NCBI RefSeq assembly: GCF_000315625.1
Contig: NW_005434551.1
Coordinates: 128,228 to 192,227 of the forward strand
DNA length: 64,000 nucleotides
Source of the DNA: Guillardia theta CCMP2712
Taxonomy: Eukaryota; Protista; Cryptophyta
Reading direction: 5' to 3'
Of the stretch, positions 12,161 through 24,500 are shown piece after piece. Each line of letters starts with the position of its first letter. Within the stretch, counting starts at the first letter, position 1. The translations under genes were made by a program, and so were the position numbers. Below the pieces are notes generated by a model that was not told the origin of the DNA, searched no databases, and was given only the letters and a program-made list of their open reading frames with translations.

Positions 12161-12477
12161 TCGGCTGTTTCGATCCGGATTTAAGATCTGAGGCAGTGTA
12201 AGTGCAAACATGAACAATGCAAACCTCCTCGTCTTCCGCGCCTCCAACTCAACTGGTCCCTATCTGAACAATTCTACCCTCCTTTCCATGCCCTCCCCTC
12301 CCCTCCCCTCCCCAACTCGATGACACTACAATGCGTCAATGTGATGACCTCATCTAGTTGACCCAACAATGCGTCCATGCCATGATTTGGGCACGTGAGG
12401 TTGGCCCTCAAACTTTGAGATTTCAAACTTTGTGTATTTCATCGAAGCTGAAAGTTCTGAACTTGCCAACTTATTAG

Positions 12478-12730
12478 ACTCAGTCTCGTTGGCGGCGCGG
12501 CCCGGAGTCCCCGGGCCTCCCCTCCCTTCTCCCCTCCCCGGGGGGCTGTCCGTACTGCCGTTCAACGGTTCGGTCCCCGGCCCGCCGCGCCACCGGGCGG
12601 TCGGCCCCGGGCGGGCCACCGGCGGGCCCAGTGACCGTACGGCCGGGCAAGAACCGCACCGTGACCTCCGTGGCGCGGTGACCGTACCGTTCCGTACCTC
12701 GGACCGCCGGTCACATCAGTAGTCAGTGGA
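12478..12730. other. GC-rich palindromic-word intergenic island
   Basis: Same ccgg/ggcc/gtac/gtgac texture as 940-1380. Confidence 0.7.
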
Positions 12731-12969
12731 GTATAACGCCAAGGGCAGCGCACATGATGGGTCGCTATCAGTGCTCTAGCTTCAAGCGCGGCCCACCGTG
12801 GCACGCGTCTAGGCAGGAGAAGCTACCTCGCTGCCCTCACTTGCACCTCAACTCAGCTTGTTGCTGTCAAACCAATAGGATGACATTGCGCCTCTCACCT
12901 TGAAGGCTTCACAAGCCAGTCGTCATGACGAGCGATATAAAAGACTCGGCGCGGACTTGCTATTTGTTT

Positions 12970-14356
12970 AGTTGTTCAACAAAGCTTCTGGCTCAATCTC
13001 TTGCTCTTGCCCTTGAATATCCTCCAGATTGAATTGTTACGCTGTAGAGTCATCACGGTCATTAAATAGAAGTGGACCAGACAATGTATACCAGCAGCGG
13101 CTCAGACAGGACGTTCCACACAAATCCTAGTGTCTTCCAGACAGTCATAGATAGAGGGAGCACGGAAGATCAAAAATCACATTAAGTTTGTCTGTTCGTT
13201 TCCAACACAACCTTCCCAATTTCTTTTCTTTCCGTTGGTTTCTCACCCAGTACAGCAAGCTTGATGTGCCCATGAACCTCTTCCCACCGGCGTGAGTTAA
13301 GAAGCAAAAGGGAGGAAGAAGACACGGAAACGAACCTTTGAAACAAGACAATGTCCCAGATGCATCTTGAAGAAGAGGAGCTCGCGGAAGAAAGATTCCC
13401 AAACGTGATCCTTCCATAACAATCATGGACATGTACATTCAGCAGCAGCACAAATCACACCTTCCAATTCCAAACAAATCCTATCTCCTCGAGCAACGAT
13501 TGCTGCAAGTTGCATTGCTCAAAGATGGAAGGATCTCAACAGAGGTCTTCACACCTGCTTCTCAAGGAGCGCACCAGTCCGAAAAAGTCTGCGCAACCGC
13601 CAGACCCAAACCCCCAGCTCATTGTCCCAATGGTCCCATGCTCCCTGTAGCTGTGCTTTCCTTTTCGTCTCACCCAACTTCGGAGATCCCCGCCAGTGTT
13701 GCGGAACGTTGACATGTCCATGGATCTTGTGAAAGCGATCAAGGCAAACTCGTCTGGCGATTCTAGGTTGATACCATCCGAAAACGAAGAAGCCGCTGGT
13801 ACTGGAATGAAAAAATGGCATCATCTGTAAAACTATATCAAACTTTGGAATAGATTCGAGGAAATAATACCTCCATGTTGAGCCCGCCATTGGAACCCAA
13901 GACTCAGAAGCAAATTGTATTTACGTCGATCGACCAAACCAGCTTGACACGTCAAAACAATTATGCCAACGTCCACATTTCAATGATCAATGTTTACCTT
14001 GATTCAGTTGTTGCAGCCTTTCGCTGCAAGACTGCAGCATTCCGTCTTCCAGGCCGGATTTTTTCATCCTGCTTTGTTTGTCATTGCTGACTCATGTACA
14101 CCACTTCATGCAATCTTCTGCATATTACAAGCATCCGTGATGCAAGCGAGTTTTTAGAATAATGTCCATGAGCCTAGGCAAGTCTTCGGCTACCGCGGGT
14201 TGAATCTGGTAGGATCAACTCACCTCATCGCAACTCATTCTTACCAAATTCTGCACTCACGCTCTGCTGATGGTTGACCGACAAAGATCCACGGAAGCAG
14301 ATGAGCATACCAAGACCGATGAAGATGGCATTGAAGAGGGACAACCACGTCCTCAT
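12970..14356 (-). CDS. Helicase-associated (HA, PF03457-like) repeat protein with putative N-terminal signal peptide, multi-exon
   Basis: HA-type motifs on the minus strand: LLSLGFQW; FHKIHGHVNVPQHW..LGVWVWRLR; EEIGFVWN; HGHIK; YWVRNQRK..GRL; TLGFVWN. Upstream MRTWLSLFNAIFIGLGMLICF (ATG 14356) is hydrophobic. Ends approximate. Confidence 0.65.
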
Positions 14357-14603
14357 CTTGCCATCTCCTCATTTTGTTTCAGCAGTCGCATGTAACCATG
14401 GCTACCACCACCATCTCAGTTCACCTACCGGGCCCCGGCCAGGCCCCGGCTGTGCTCCCCCGGACTTTCCAAAAATGGAAGGCAAACCGTTACACGAATC
14501 ACCCCGTTCAATGGTAGTAGCACTTGTACCGGTTTACCACCCCTACCCCCAGAATTTTCAAGTTTCTGTACAGGCGGTACCCACCTACCCAATCCAGTCG
14601 CCC

Positions 14604-15497
14604 ATGGACATGCTGGCTGCGGCAGGGTTCAGGGCAAGGAAGGTACGAGATCGTGCACGAGGGAAGAGCAAGCGTGAGGATTTAGAGGTGGAGGAAGAGC
14701 ATAATGTCAGCAGCAAGAAATTGATTCTTGGCATCGACGTGCCATGTTCCGTCGTCGAGTATCACACAGAGGACAAGCTCCATAGACCCCGAGTGTTTGG
14801 AAAGAACAAGAACGTTCGTCTGCCTGCTCTTCAGCTACGCCGTTCGAATATCCCGTGAGCAAAATGCGTCTTTTCTGATGAATCTGATGTTCTTTTCCCC
14901 AGATTTGGCGGACTTGGGGTATTTGCAAAGGAAAGGATTGAGAAGGGAGCTTGGATCACGGAGTATGGAGGGGAAGTGATCGGTTGCAAGGAGGCCCGAC
15001 AACGGAGAGCTAGCAGACAAGATACGCATATTCGCTCAATAGGGCGGGAAAACCTTTGCATAGACTCAAGGTTGAGGGGCAAATGGAATTTAGATTACTA
15101 TGTTGGGTAATCGCTGTTAAGTGCGAGGTCCACGCTGATCTGTTTTTTTCTCTCAGAAATCATATGCTAGGAGGTTTTTTCAATGATGCATATGGAACAC
15201 CATTCTCATTGAATTCTACGTATGGGCTTTCTAGTGGTGACTCTCTCGACTTTCTTGACTCTCTTTTCTTTCAGGTATGTTGAGGTGGAGGGGAAAGTTG
15301 GATTCCAACCACCGTAACACCATCGTTGCACAAGAGATGAAGAAATTGACGATGATGGTAGGTATGCGGGAGCCCCATACATATCAAAGAGAATCTTCCT
15401 TAGGGCAACGGCAGACATCGAGGCGGGCGAAGAGCTGTTTGTGTCTTACGGACAGACGTATCATGTACTGCATTTTAATCCAACACACGAACATTAA
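14604..15497 (+). CDS. SET-domain lysine methyltransferase, multi-exon
   Basis: After the intron ending ~14902: GGLGVFAKERIEKGAWITEYGGEVI; then GGFFND (NH-equivalent motif); final exon RIFLRATADIEAGEELFVSYG, stop TAA 15495-15497. Start approximate. Confidence 0.85.
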
Positions 15498-15549
15498 GCA
15501 AAGAATAGAAGTTATTTAGGCAAGGAACAGCATGCTATACAAAATTTTC

Positions 15550-18500
15550 TCAATATTTCCAAACGCATTGACTGTCGAGGAGATTGTTGTCGAAAGTGAA
15601 CCCCATGACTTTACACGCGCTCCCTGTTGTCTTCGTGCAAAGATTGCTACTTGTGCAGTCACTGCAAGGTACTCCATTCCCAGAAGGTCCACAATATCCA
15701 TCCCAGCTGCAACACGCAAACATGGCGCACACCTGCTGATCTGTGATGGACGTGCACCATTCCGTGACATTCGCCGAGTTGTCAAATACCACGATTGCGC
15801 TGTCGCTCCAGATCGTAGAGGAATTGATCAACATGGCAACCGGGGTGGTAAATGTCTCGTTCTGAACGGAGAAGTTGGAAAGATTCAGCTCAGACTGGAC
15901 GAGATAGAATGCCAGGTTGTACAATCCCGCTTTCCAGCGTGAACTTTGCATGGACGCGTATGAGTTTTCGAGTCGCAAATCCGCTATGTAGGAATCCTGT
16001 GACGAGTCGAGGGTTACCCCGATCATTGCTAAGCTTGAGCTCATCATACTCAACGCGGAAGAGGAAGAAATAGAACATCGCTCAAGCACCACGTCGATCA
16101 AGGTCACACTGCTATGTGAGGCAAAGAGACAACCTGCCTCAGAAGCATTGCTACCGTTGCGGATAGTCAGGCCTTGAAGAGTCACCGTTGCATGATGGAT
16201 CGTTGCGAAACTCGACTGAAGGTTGCAGTCAATCACTGTGTTTGCAGCTCCGTCTATCCCGACGATGGTGATGTTCCTTGAAAACCATGAGCCGCATACA
16301 CCCTCGTACAAGCCTGGAGAAACATAGATTGTAGTTCCATCCAAGGCTTCTTCGACGAGCGCCCATGACCCAGCGCTTTTGATAGCAATATCTGAACAAA
16401 CAGAGGCGGCTGCAGGGCAAGTGCAAATATAAGATCCGATCGTGTTTTCACATTGCCCCCTTCTGTTCTCGTACGTTAAGGTGAGCGGGTCCCACTGCTT
16501 GTACAAGTTGCATGCCGGGCCTAATGCACACTCGTTTATGTCCTCGCAAACTGCTTCCCCTCCTTGGTAGTACCCTGTTTGCATGTAGCCTTGCGCGCAT
16601 TCAAACACATAATGCGAACCTCGGCATGCACAGCAAACTTGCCGTGGTCCAGGGCTGACCAACGAATCTGCATAAGGAATATTGCACCAGGGTGTCCACA
16701 AGGACAAATCTTGCATCCACGGACTGGAAACATCACTGTAAAAGATGGCACTGAAGCCGGTCGCGACATTCGAGAAATCAGAGATAAAAATCAATTTCAA
16801 TGCTTTATGTCCCGGCAAAGTAGTGAATGAGCGTGCCGTATCGACCAAAATACCATCTTGTATGGTTATCAAAGTAGAATTGATACAGAGCGAATTTGGG
16901 CAAGAGAAAAGGAAAACACGATCAAATTCTGGTTCGGTTGTAAACTCGGTGAAATACAAACTGATTTGATTTGCTCCAACCGGGGCGATGATGAATTCGC
17001 ATTCTTGGTTATTATTGTAGTCACCTTGACCATCTGTGATGGTCCCGGAGTCAGCGGTGATAATTCCTCCATTGAAACCACACTGGTATAATCTGGCCAA
17101 AGCTACAGCATTTTCTGTGTAATTTTGGCAGCCAAAGCCATTTGAGTCTCGCCATTCTAGATCGTCTACACATGACAAAGAATTTGAATTACCAGTGATG
17201 GATAGTTCAACCGGGGCATCGACCCTGCAAGAAGAATTTGACGAACATGTTTGACCCCATGCTGTTGAAGGTATACTGCAGGATATTGCAGTTTCAGAAT
17301 ACCACTGAACAGCCGAACAACTCGAGTCTCCAACCTTCAAGACTGGAGTAAAGTCATCCTTCCCAAAATTGTAACCAAAGACTGTGAGAACGTCAACAAC
17401 GGAGTAGTTGCCAGGAAATACCTCGGTATACTTAAACCATACAGAAGAGTCGCCGTACAACGATTGCAGACCCCATACCAAGGGAGATTCATATGATAGA
17501 AATTGAGTAAGGCTGCCAACAACGGAACCAGAAGTGACAGCAACACGAAGTTGAGAGCCAGAGCCGTGTGAAACTTTACATTCAATTGACGATACTGACG
17601 ACCATAGTGTACTTTCACATCCGGAGTGACCTACCCGTACAGAAAGAGAGGTGGCACCATCAGCACTACTCGAACCATACACAAAAAATGAGCTATCAGA
17701 AAAGAATCCAAAATTCACAGAAGAACTAGAGCTTATCAGCAAGATTCCAAAACTAAAAGATAGACTCTGACTTCCTGATGACCCTGCCGTCGTCACCGAT
17801 ATCCGCCCCGTCCCCCCGACCCCGCCTCCCCGCTGACACCGCACCGACGTCTCCGACTCCCACTCCGTCGCCTCGCACCCCGTGTGCCCTCCCCGCCCTG
17901 CCCCCGTGTACGTCCCGAGCCCCATGCCTCCCCCGTACACCGTCATGCTCGTCGACCCCGTCCCTGCCCCGTTCGCCCTCCCTGCCCCGCTCGCCCACCC
18001 CCCGTCGTAGCTCGCCCCCTCCGTCCCGCTCCCCCTAGCTCCGGCCGTCGTCACCGATATCCGCCCTGTCCCCCCGACCCCGCCTCCCCGCTGACACCGN
18101 NNNNNNNNNNNNNNNNNNNNNNNNNNNNNNNNNNNNNNNNNNNNNNNNNNNNNNNNNNNNNNNNNNNNNNNNNNNNNNNNNNNNNNNNNNNNNNNNNNNC
18201 ACCCCGTGTGCCCTCCCCGCCCTGCCCCCGTGTACGTCCCGAGCCCCATGGCCCCCCCGTACACCGTCATGCTCGTCGACCCCGTCCCTGCCCGGTTCCC
18301 TTGGCCCACCGTCTTCCAGGCGTAGTAGATGACCTCCGCCCCGGCCTCGTGATCGCCCACGCTCGTCCCGAAAAGCCCCCGCGCCGTCAACCGTAGCAGG
18401 TACGGGCTATAGCTCGAGTTGACGCACGTGAACGCTACGTACTCTTGGCCCCCAATCAATGCTACGTATGCTGTGCTCGGGGGCATCTGCCTCACTGACA

Positions 18501-21500
18501 TAACAAACGAAAGACGTGACAGGTTTGTAGAAAGACTCGACGAGATTGAAGTCGTCAATCGGTCTATAGTGTCCATAAGAAAGCACGAGGAGTCCGCCCC
18601 CGTCTCGTTACATCGATCGAACCTCGCCCTCCGATCCTCCCCAAGACTCAGCGTGTACACCCCCGGCCCGTCCCACGACACCGCCTCGCTCCTGCTCCCG
18701 GCCCCTCCCTGCCCCCCTGCCGTCAGCGACACCTGCCCGCTCCCCCGCGCCCCTAGCCCTGCCTGACACCGCACCGACGTCTCCGACTCCCACTCCGTCG
18801 CCTCGCACCCCGTGTGCCCTCCCCGCCCTGCCCCCGTGTACGTCCCGAGCCCCATGGCCCCCCCGTACACCGTCATGCTCGTCGACCCCGTCCCTGCCCC
18901 GTTCGCCCTCCCTGCCCCGCTCGCCCACCCCCCGTCGTAGCTCGCCCCCTCCGTCCCGCTCCCTCTAGCTCCGGCCGTCGTCACCGATATCCGCCCCGNN
19001 NNNNNNNNNNNNNNNNNNNNNNNNNNNNNNNNNNNNNNNNNNNNNNNNNNNNNNNNNNNNNNNNNNNNNNNNNNNNNNNNNNNNNNNNNNNNNNNNNNAC
19101 TCCGTCGCCTCGCACCCCGTGTGCCCTCCCCGCCCTGCCCCCGTGTACGCCGACGCCCATCGCCCCCCCGTACACCGTCATGCTCGTCGACCCCGTCCCT
19201 GCCCGGTTCCCTTGGCCCACCGTCTTCCAGGCGTAGTAGATGACCTCCGCCCCGGCCTCGTGATCGCCCACGCTCGTCCCGAAAAGCCCCCGCGCCGTCA
19301 ACCGTAGCAGGTACAGGCCATAGCTCGAGTTGACGCACGTGAACGCTACGTACTCTTGACCCCCAATCAAAGCCACGTAATCATTGCTCGATGGAAGAGT
19401 CAAGGTAAACAGCACGGTGTCCAATGAAGAAAGATTTGCTTCAAGATATGACAGTCCGGAAAACGAAAGCAAATCTGTCCATAAGAAAGCACGAGGAGTC
19501 CGCCCCCGTCTCGTTACATCGATCGAACCTCGCCCTCCGATCCTCCCCAAGACTCAGCGTGTACACCCCCGGCCCGTCCCACGACACCGCCTCGCTCCTG
19601 CTCCCGGCCCCTCCCTGCCCCCCTGCCGTCAGCGACACCTGCCCGCTCCCCCGCGCCCCTAGCCCTGCCTGACACCGCACCGACGTCTCCGACTCCCACT
19701 CCGTCGCCTCGCACCCCGTGTGCCCTCCCCGCCCTGCCCCCGTATATGTGACTGAACCCATATTGCTTGCAATGATAGTGATGCTCCGTGATCCTGTGAC
19801 TGGCCCATTTTTTACTCGATCGGCATTGCTTACCATCACATTGTTGAAAGAAAATATTTCGGACATCGTCCCTTCTATTCTCGTTGTTGTGATGATAATT
19901 TTGTCAGTTAAGCCTTTGCCCATCGCAGTATTTGCTTGAATTGAGGTTTCAGAAATCCACAAGGTATTTTCGCAAATAGTATTGTGGGTCCTTAGCATGC
20001 TTGTAAAAGCAGACTGTCCAATATTTGAACCCACGACAGTCAAGCTGAGTGATCCGGTCGATGCGCTATTGCACGGAAGTGAACGGTTCAAGTCAAGACG
20101 AGCAATGAGATCCGAAGTGAAAGCCTCTGTGTTAGTGGAAACTGAGTTGACGCATGTAAGGGAGACTCGTCCGCTTTTTAGAAGCAGATGGGCTGTTCTG
20201 GACCGAACAGCAGTATCCGATTCCCAGTGAGTTGACTCACAGTCCGTCAAACCTATTGACTTAGCAATACTTTTTTGCATGTGACCAAAACTACCTCCAA
20301 AAACGGTGACACTGACAGAACCAGTACCTGCAACATTCCCTGAACTAAGAGTTTCACTGATACCCAAAGTATCAAAAGACCATCCTTGGGTTAAGCTTCC
20401 AGATAATGAACCAACTGTCAATTGTAACTTTGATGATGCTGAAGTGGATGCAGGTGTCAAACTCCTTATTTGTGTGTCTGATCCCCATACTTGAAGATTG
20501 CAATGTAAGCATAAAAGACTATCCATACTTTGCCACTCCGTTGCCTCGGCTGCAGAACCATGAATTCGAAATTGAGAACTACTCTGATACTTCCCAATAT
20601 TTATGCCATGGATCGTCAAAGAAATAGACCCTGAGCTCGCTCTATTAGCTTGAAGCACCATGGAAATAGAGGGGAGATCCAAAGAGAAAGCAAATGATAT
20701 CGTTCCAACGACAATTCCGACCGAAACTATGTTCTTTTTAGACGCTCGAATAGCACTTGTTGCACGACATACAAGTGAAGAATCGGAGCTCCAGACTGTA
20801 AAAGCGCAACTTGTCGAGTGCGACCTAGACATGGGAGTAAAATCGTAATTCATCAGATTTTGCCCACGTACAGTCATCTGAATTCCACCGACAGCCCATT
20901 GATTGCTATGTTTTGCAATGTCAAATGGTCGAAAAATGTTAACTCCAAGAAAGTAGGCTTCTTGACTAGCAGCTGTCCATAATCCGAATGTAGAATTTTC
21001 CAACCTTGTCTGATAAAAGTGACTGCAAAGCTCACTCGTTGGAATTCCATCATTGACCGTCGAATAAGGATCCATGAAGACTCGGATCAAACCGTCCAAA
21101 TATTGGATTTGAATCAGATACAGAACTGCAACATTGTATCCAATCGAATTCTGTTCATCCCACAAGATTGTTACATTTCCACCAGACAAGCGCTTCAATC
21201 TTCTTACTTTTCTTGAGAATTCATTTCAAATCGGAAATAATTGTTGTCATCTTGGTACAAAAAGCTGACCCCAATCCAGTCATCATTAAAATTGATTAGC
21301 AAAACGTTCAAGATGTACTGGTTCCAAACGCTAAAACCAGAAGAATAAGACTGCATCGAAGTGTACACGAGCGTGGTTCCTTCTACATCTTCTTTGCTGT
21401 ATTTTCCGTATATCTTGCTCGATTGCTGATAAGCAGAGTATGGCTGCAATTCAATTGGAACAGCTTGCTTCAACTTGACACAGCCAAAGCAACTTTGGAT

Positions 21501-24500
21501 AGAATTGAGGTACTGCCATGAAGAAGGCCCATCATTAATCGCTTTGGGATGATCTCTTATCTCCCAATTCTTGAAATACTTGCATCCACCTGCAGAATAC
21601 TCAGTGAGAAATGTTGGGTAAAAAAGTTTCTACTCACCATTTGGCAAAAATTCAGAGCATTGCTCTGAAATTTTGGTGTAAACTTCGTAATCTTTCGAAG
21701 GTGTATTCGTATCTGTCTTTATACCTGTGTCAATTTTGAAAGAACTGCTGATCAGAGACGGGAGGTCGATAGAAAAAGCGGACGATAAAGTAGCATCCTG
21801 ACTACCCATCGTCATGCTCATCCGTTTGCTGAATCCTAACATTCTGCTTGAGTGTGCTTGGACTGAAGTGTACGATACCCACTCTGTTGATTCCGCTCCT
21901 GTTCCTCCCATCCGTGAACCTGCCGTATGAGAAACCCAAGATCTTGCAGATTGAATGTATGTTCCAGCAAACAGCATGGAAGCACGATTCCTCACACTCA
22001 GGAGAGATAACGAAGGTTCATTATACGAGACGAGCTGTGTGGCCGAAGAGATCGCTTTATCTGACAATGTCATCACGACACCGATGGTCTGCAAGTAGCC
22101 AGAGGGAAGGTATAAGTTCAGAGATGTATCGGATTTCCAAAATGTCCTTTCAGCAGATGTTGAACCAAATCGTACTTGCACGGTCCATCGAGTTGAACTT
22201 AAATCTGAAGCGATCAAATATCGCACATCACGACGTGATTGAGAGTTGGATGGATTATCTCTGTTCATCAAGCCTGCTTTTCCAAGACAATATGCAGGAT
22301 ATGACCAAGAGATATTCTCCTTGGAATGATTTAGCATGGCGAGATCGCAACTGCGCAAGACGCCTTGATCATATGACAGTGCACTAGACAAAGTAGAAGT
22401 CACGGATGTAGGAACAACCGTGAGAGCAACCGTACAAGAACAGCATGGACCGGAAGGGACCTTGACCTGTACTGTTGTTACTGACAGCCACTTGGTCACC
22501 TCTGCTGCTGTTCCCTGTACTCTGGCTGCATGCGTGCTATCAAAGTAAGAAAATTGTGATCCAACAATCCTTACAACAGCGAGGGCAGGTGCATTGCCCA
22601 CGCTTGTACTAGAAGTGTATGGGCCATCAAAAGTGAATGCAAAGCTTTGTGACCCAGCACGGAATGGGACGACAGATACAACCACATCAACACTCACGAA
22701 ATCCGCCGCTTTTGATGGTTGCTTGCATAAAATCTCTCTTGAAGAAATCCATCTTGTAAATTCGCAACCTGTGTCCCCAATCCTTACTTTTGGTGTAACA
22801 TCTTGAAATCCAAAGTTCTGTCCAAAAAGCGTCAAAGTGTTCGATCCTTGAATGGGCCCATTTAGATTTCCATTCTCCAACAGCGGTTTGCCTTGAAACA
22901 TGACCTTTGTACTTCCATCTGACACATAAATCTGACTTATTCTTTGGGGAGGATTCCCAATCAACCAGAGCGAGAAAAAAGCCTCAGGGTTCTGGAAAAT
23001 CCAAATGGGAGTATAACATGTAACAGTATTCCAGGAGTCAGCATGACCGATTGTAGCCAGATACGGGTTGGCAGTAAAGAAAGAGGACGGCGAGGACTCT
23101 GAGGTTGTGAATCGACACTCAAATTGCACTGAAGAATTGGCTGGAAAACCGCCGCCAATCACCTCGATCAGTTCGCCACCACTGAATGAGGGATAAAGCA
23201 CATCATCTGCATTGTTTCTTGCTGTACCAGAAATGTTCAAATCTAGCCATGCCATGTCAAGATAAAAAGAATCTAAACCTGGTATATCTTCTAAGTTTTC
23301 AATCAGACTCACATTTACTTTTGTGGCAAGATATTGCCATCGACCTATGCGAAACTCGATTATTGTTGGGGACGAGTAAAAATAGTCCGAGCTGTTCAAC
23401 ATCATAGACCTGTCGTCAGAAGCAGTGATACTGCAAATATAGCGTGCATCATCACTCCATCCTATTCCACTGAGAATGAGAATTCCACCAAAAACCGTTC
23501 CAGAAAAAGATCTAATTGCCGTAAAGACTGCTCGAAAGATAAAAAAGAGTTGCCCGGCATCTTCTTTGAGCGTTCCGTTTTCGATCAAAGAAACATTCGC
23601 CTTGCCGCCGCTGTATTTCCATACGGGCACATTGAAAACTAGTTGAGAATGAGAAGGTATTACATGTATGGTCACGGCATATTCCACATCAGACCTTCTT
23701 CTGATCAATAAAGAGTAAGTATTTTCCAGCGAGAAACCACCTCCACGAACAGTGACGAGATGACTCAAAGAAGAAAACCCGGCAGATGGCTCAATGCTCT
23801 GGATGGTCATCGTGTAGGTCACTTTCACGGAGCCTGCTAGAAAGAGGCCTTGAGACACATCCTTCACTCTGATCTCAGCGTCGCCTGCGGTCTCATTCCA
23901 TGGGGGTAACGAGCAATACAACAGGAAAGTGCTCGCCGCAGCAACAGCTTCCGAAGTTTCATTTCCACGGACGCAAAGGTATGACGCGTTCTGTCTGCTG
24001 ACATCAAATCCAGCCCCATATACGATGTAATCACCTCTAACTCCTGACAAATATTTTGCTGGTTCTATTGAGGAAATGGCACTGAAAAACTCAAATGGAA
24101 ACAGAGGGTTCATTCTTACATCATTCCTCCAGAGGCTGAAATTACCCTTGCAGGCGCTGTGATTCCATCGAGCTTCGCTACAACGGACATATGACCAATT
24201 TAGAACGTCTGCGTTCGTTTTCAGCTCATGACCAAAGCACTCCCAACTGCATGTAAACGATGCAAGGGAAGTGAAACCTCCTCCTGTCACTGTCACATAT
24301 TGCGGTAAAAGGGAGCTGCCAGATTGAGGAAAGATGTCGCTAAGACCGGCAAGAGGTTTCAATTTAGCCACAAGACCGGGGACCAAGGTAGAGTTGCGGA
24401 AGATTTGCAAACTTGTAATAATGTTGTCTGTCGGGGGAAAGGGGGGGATTTTGCAACGGATTTTATCAATGCCAAGGATCGTGCAATGACCAAAGTCTTC

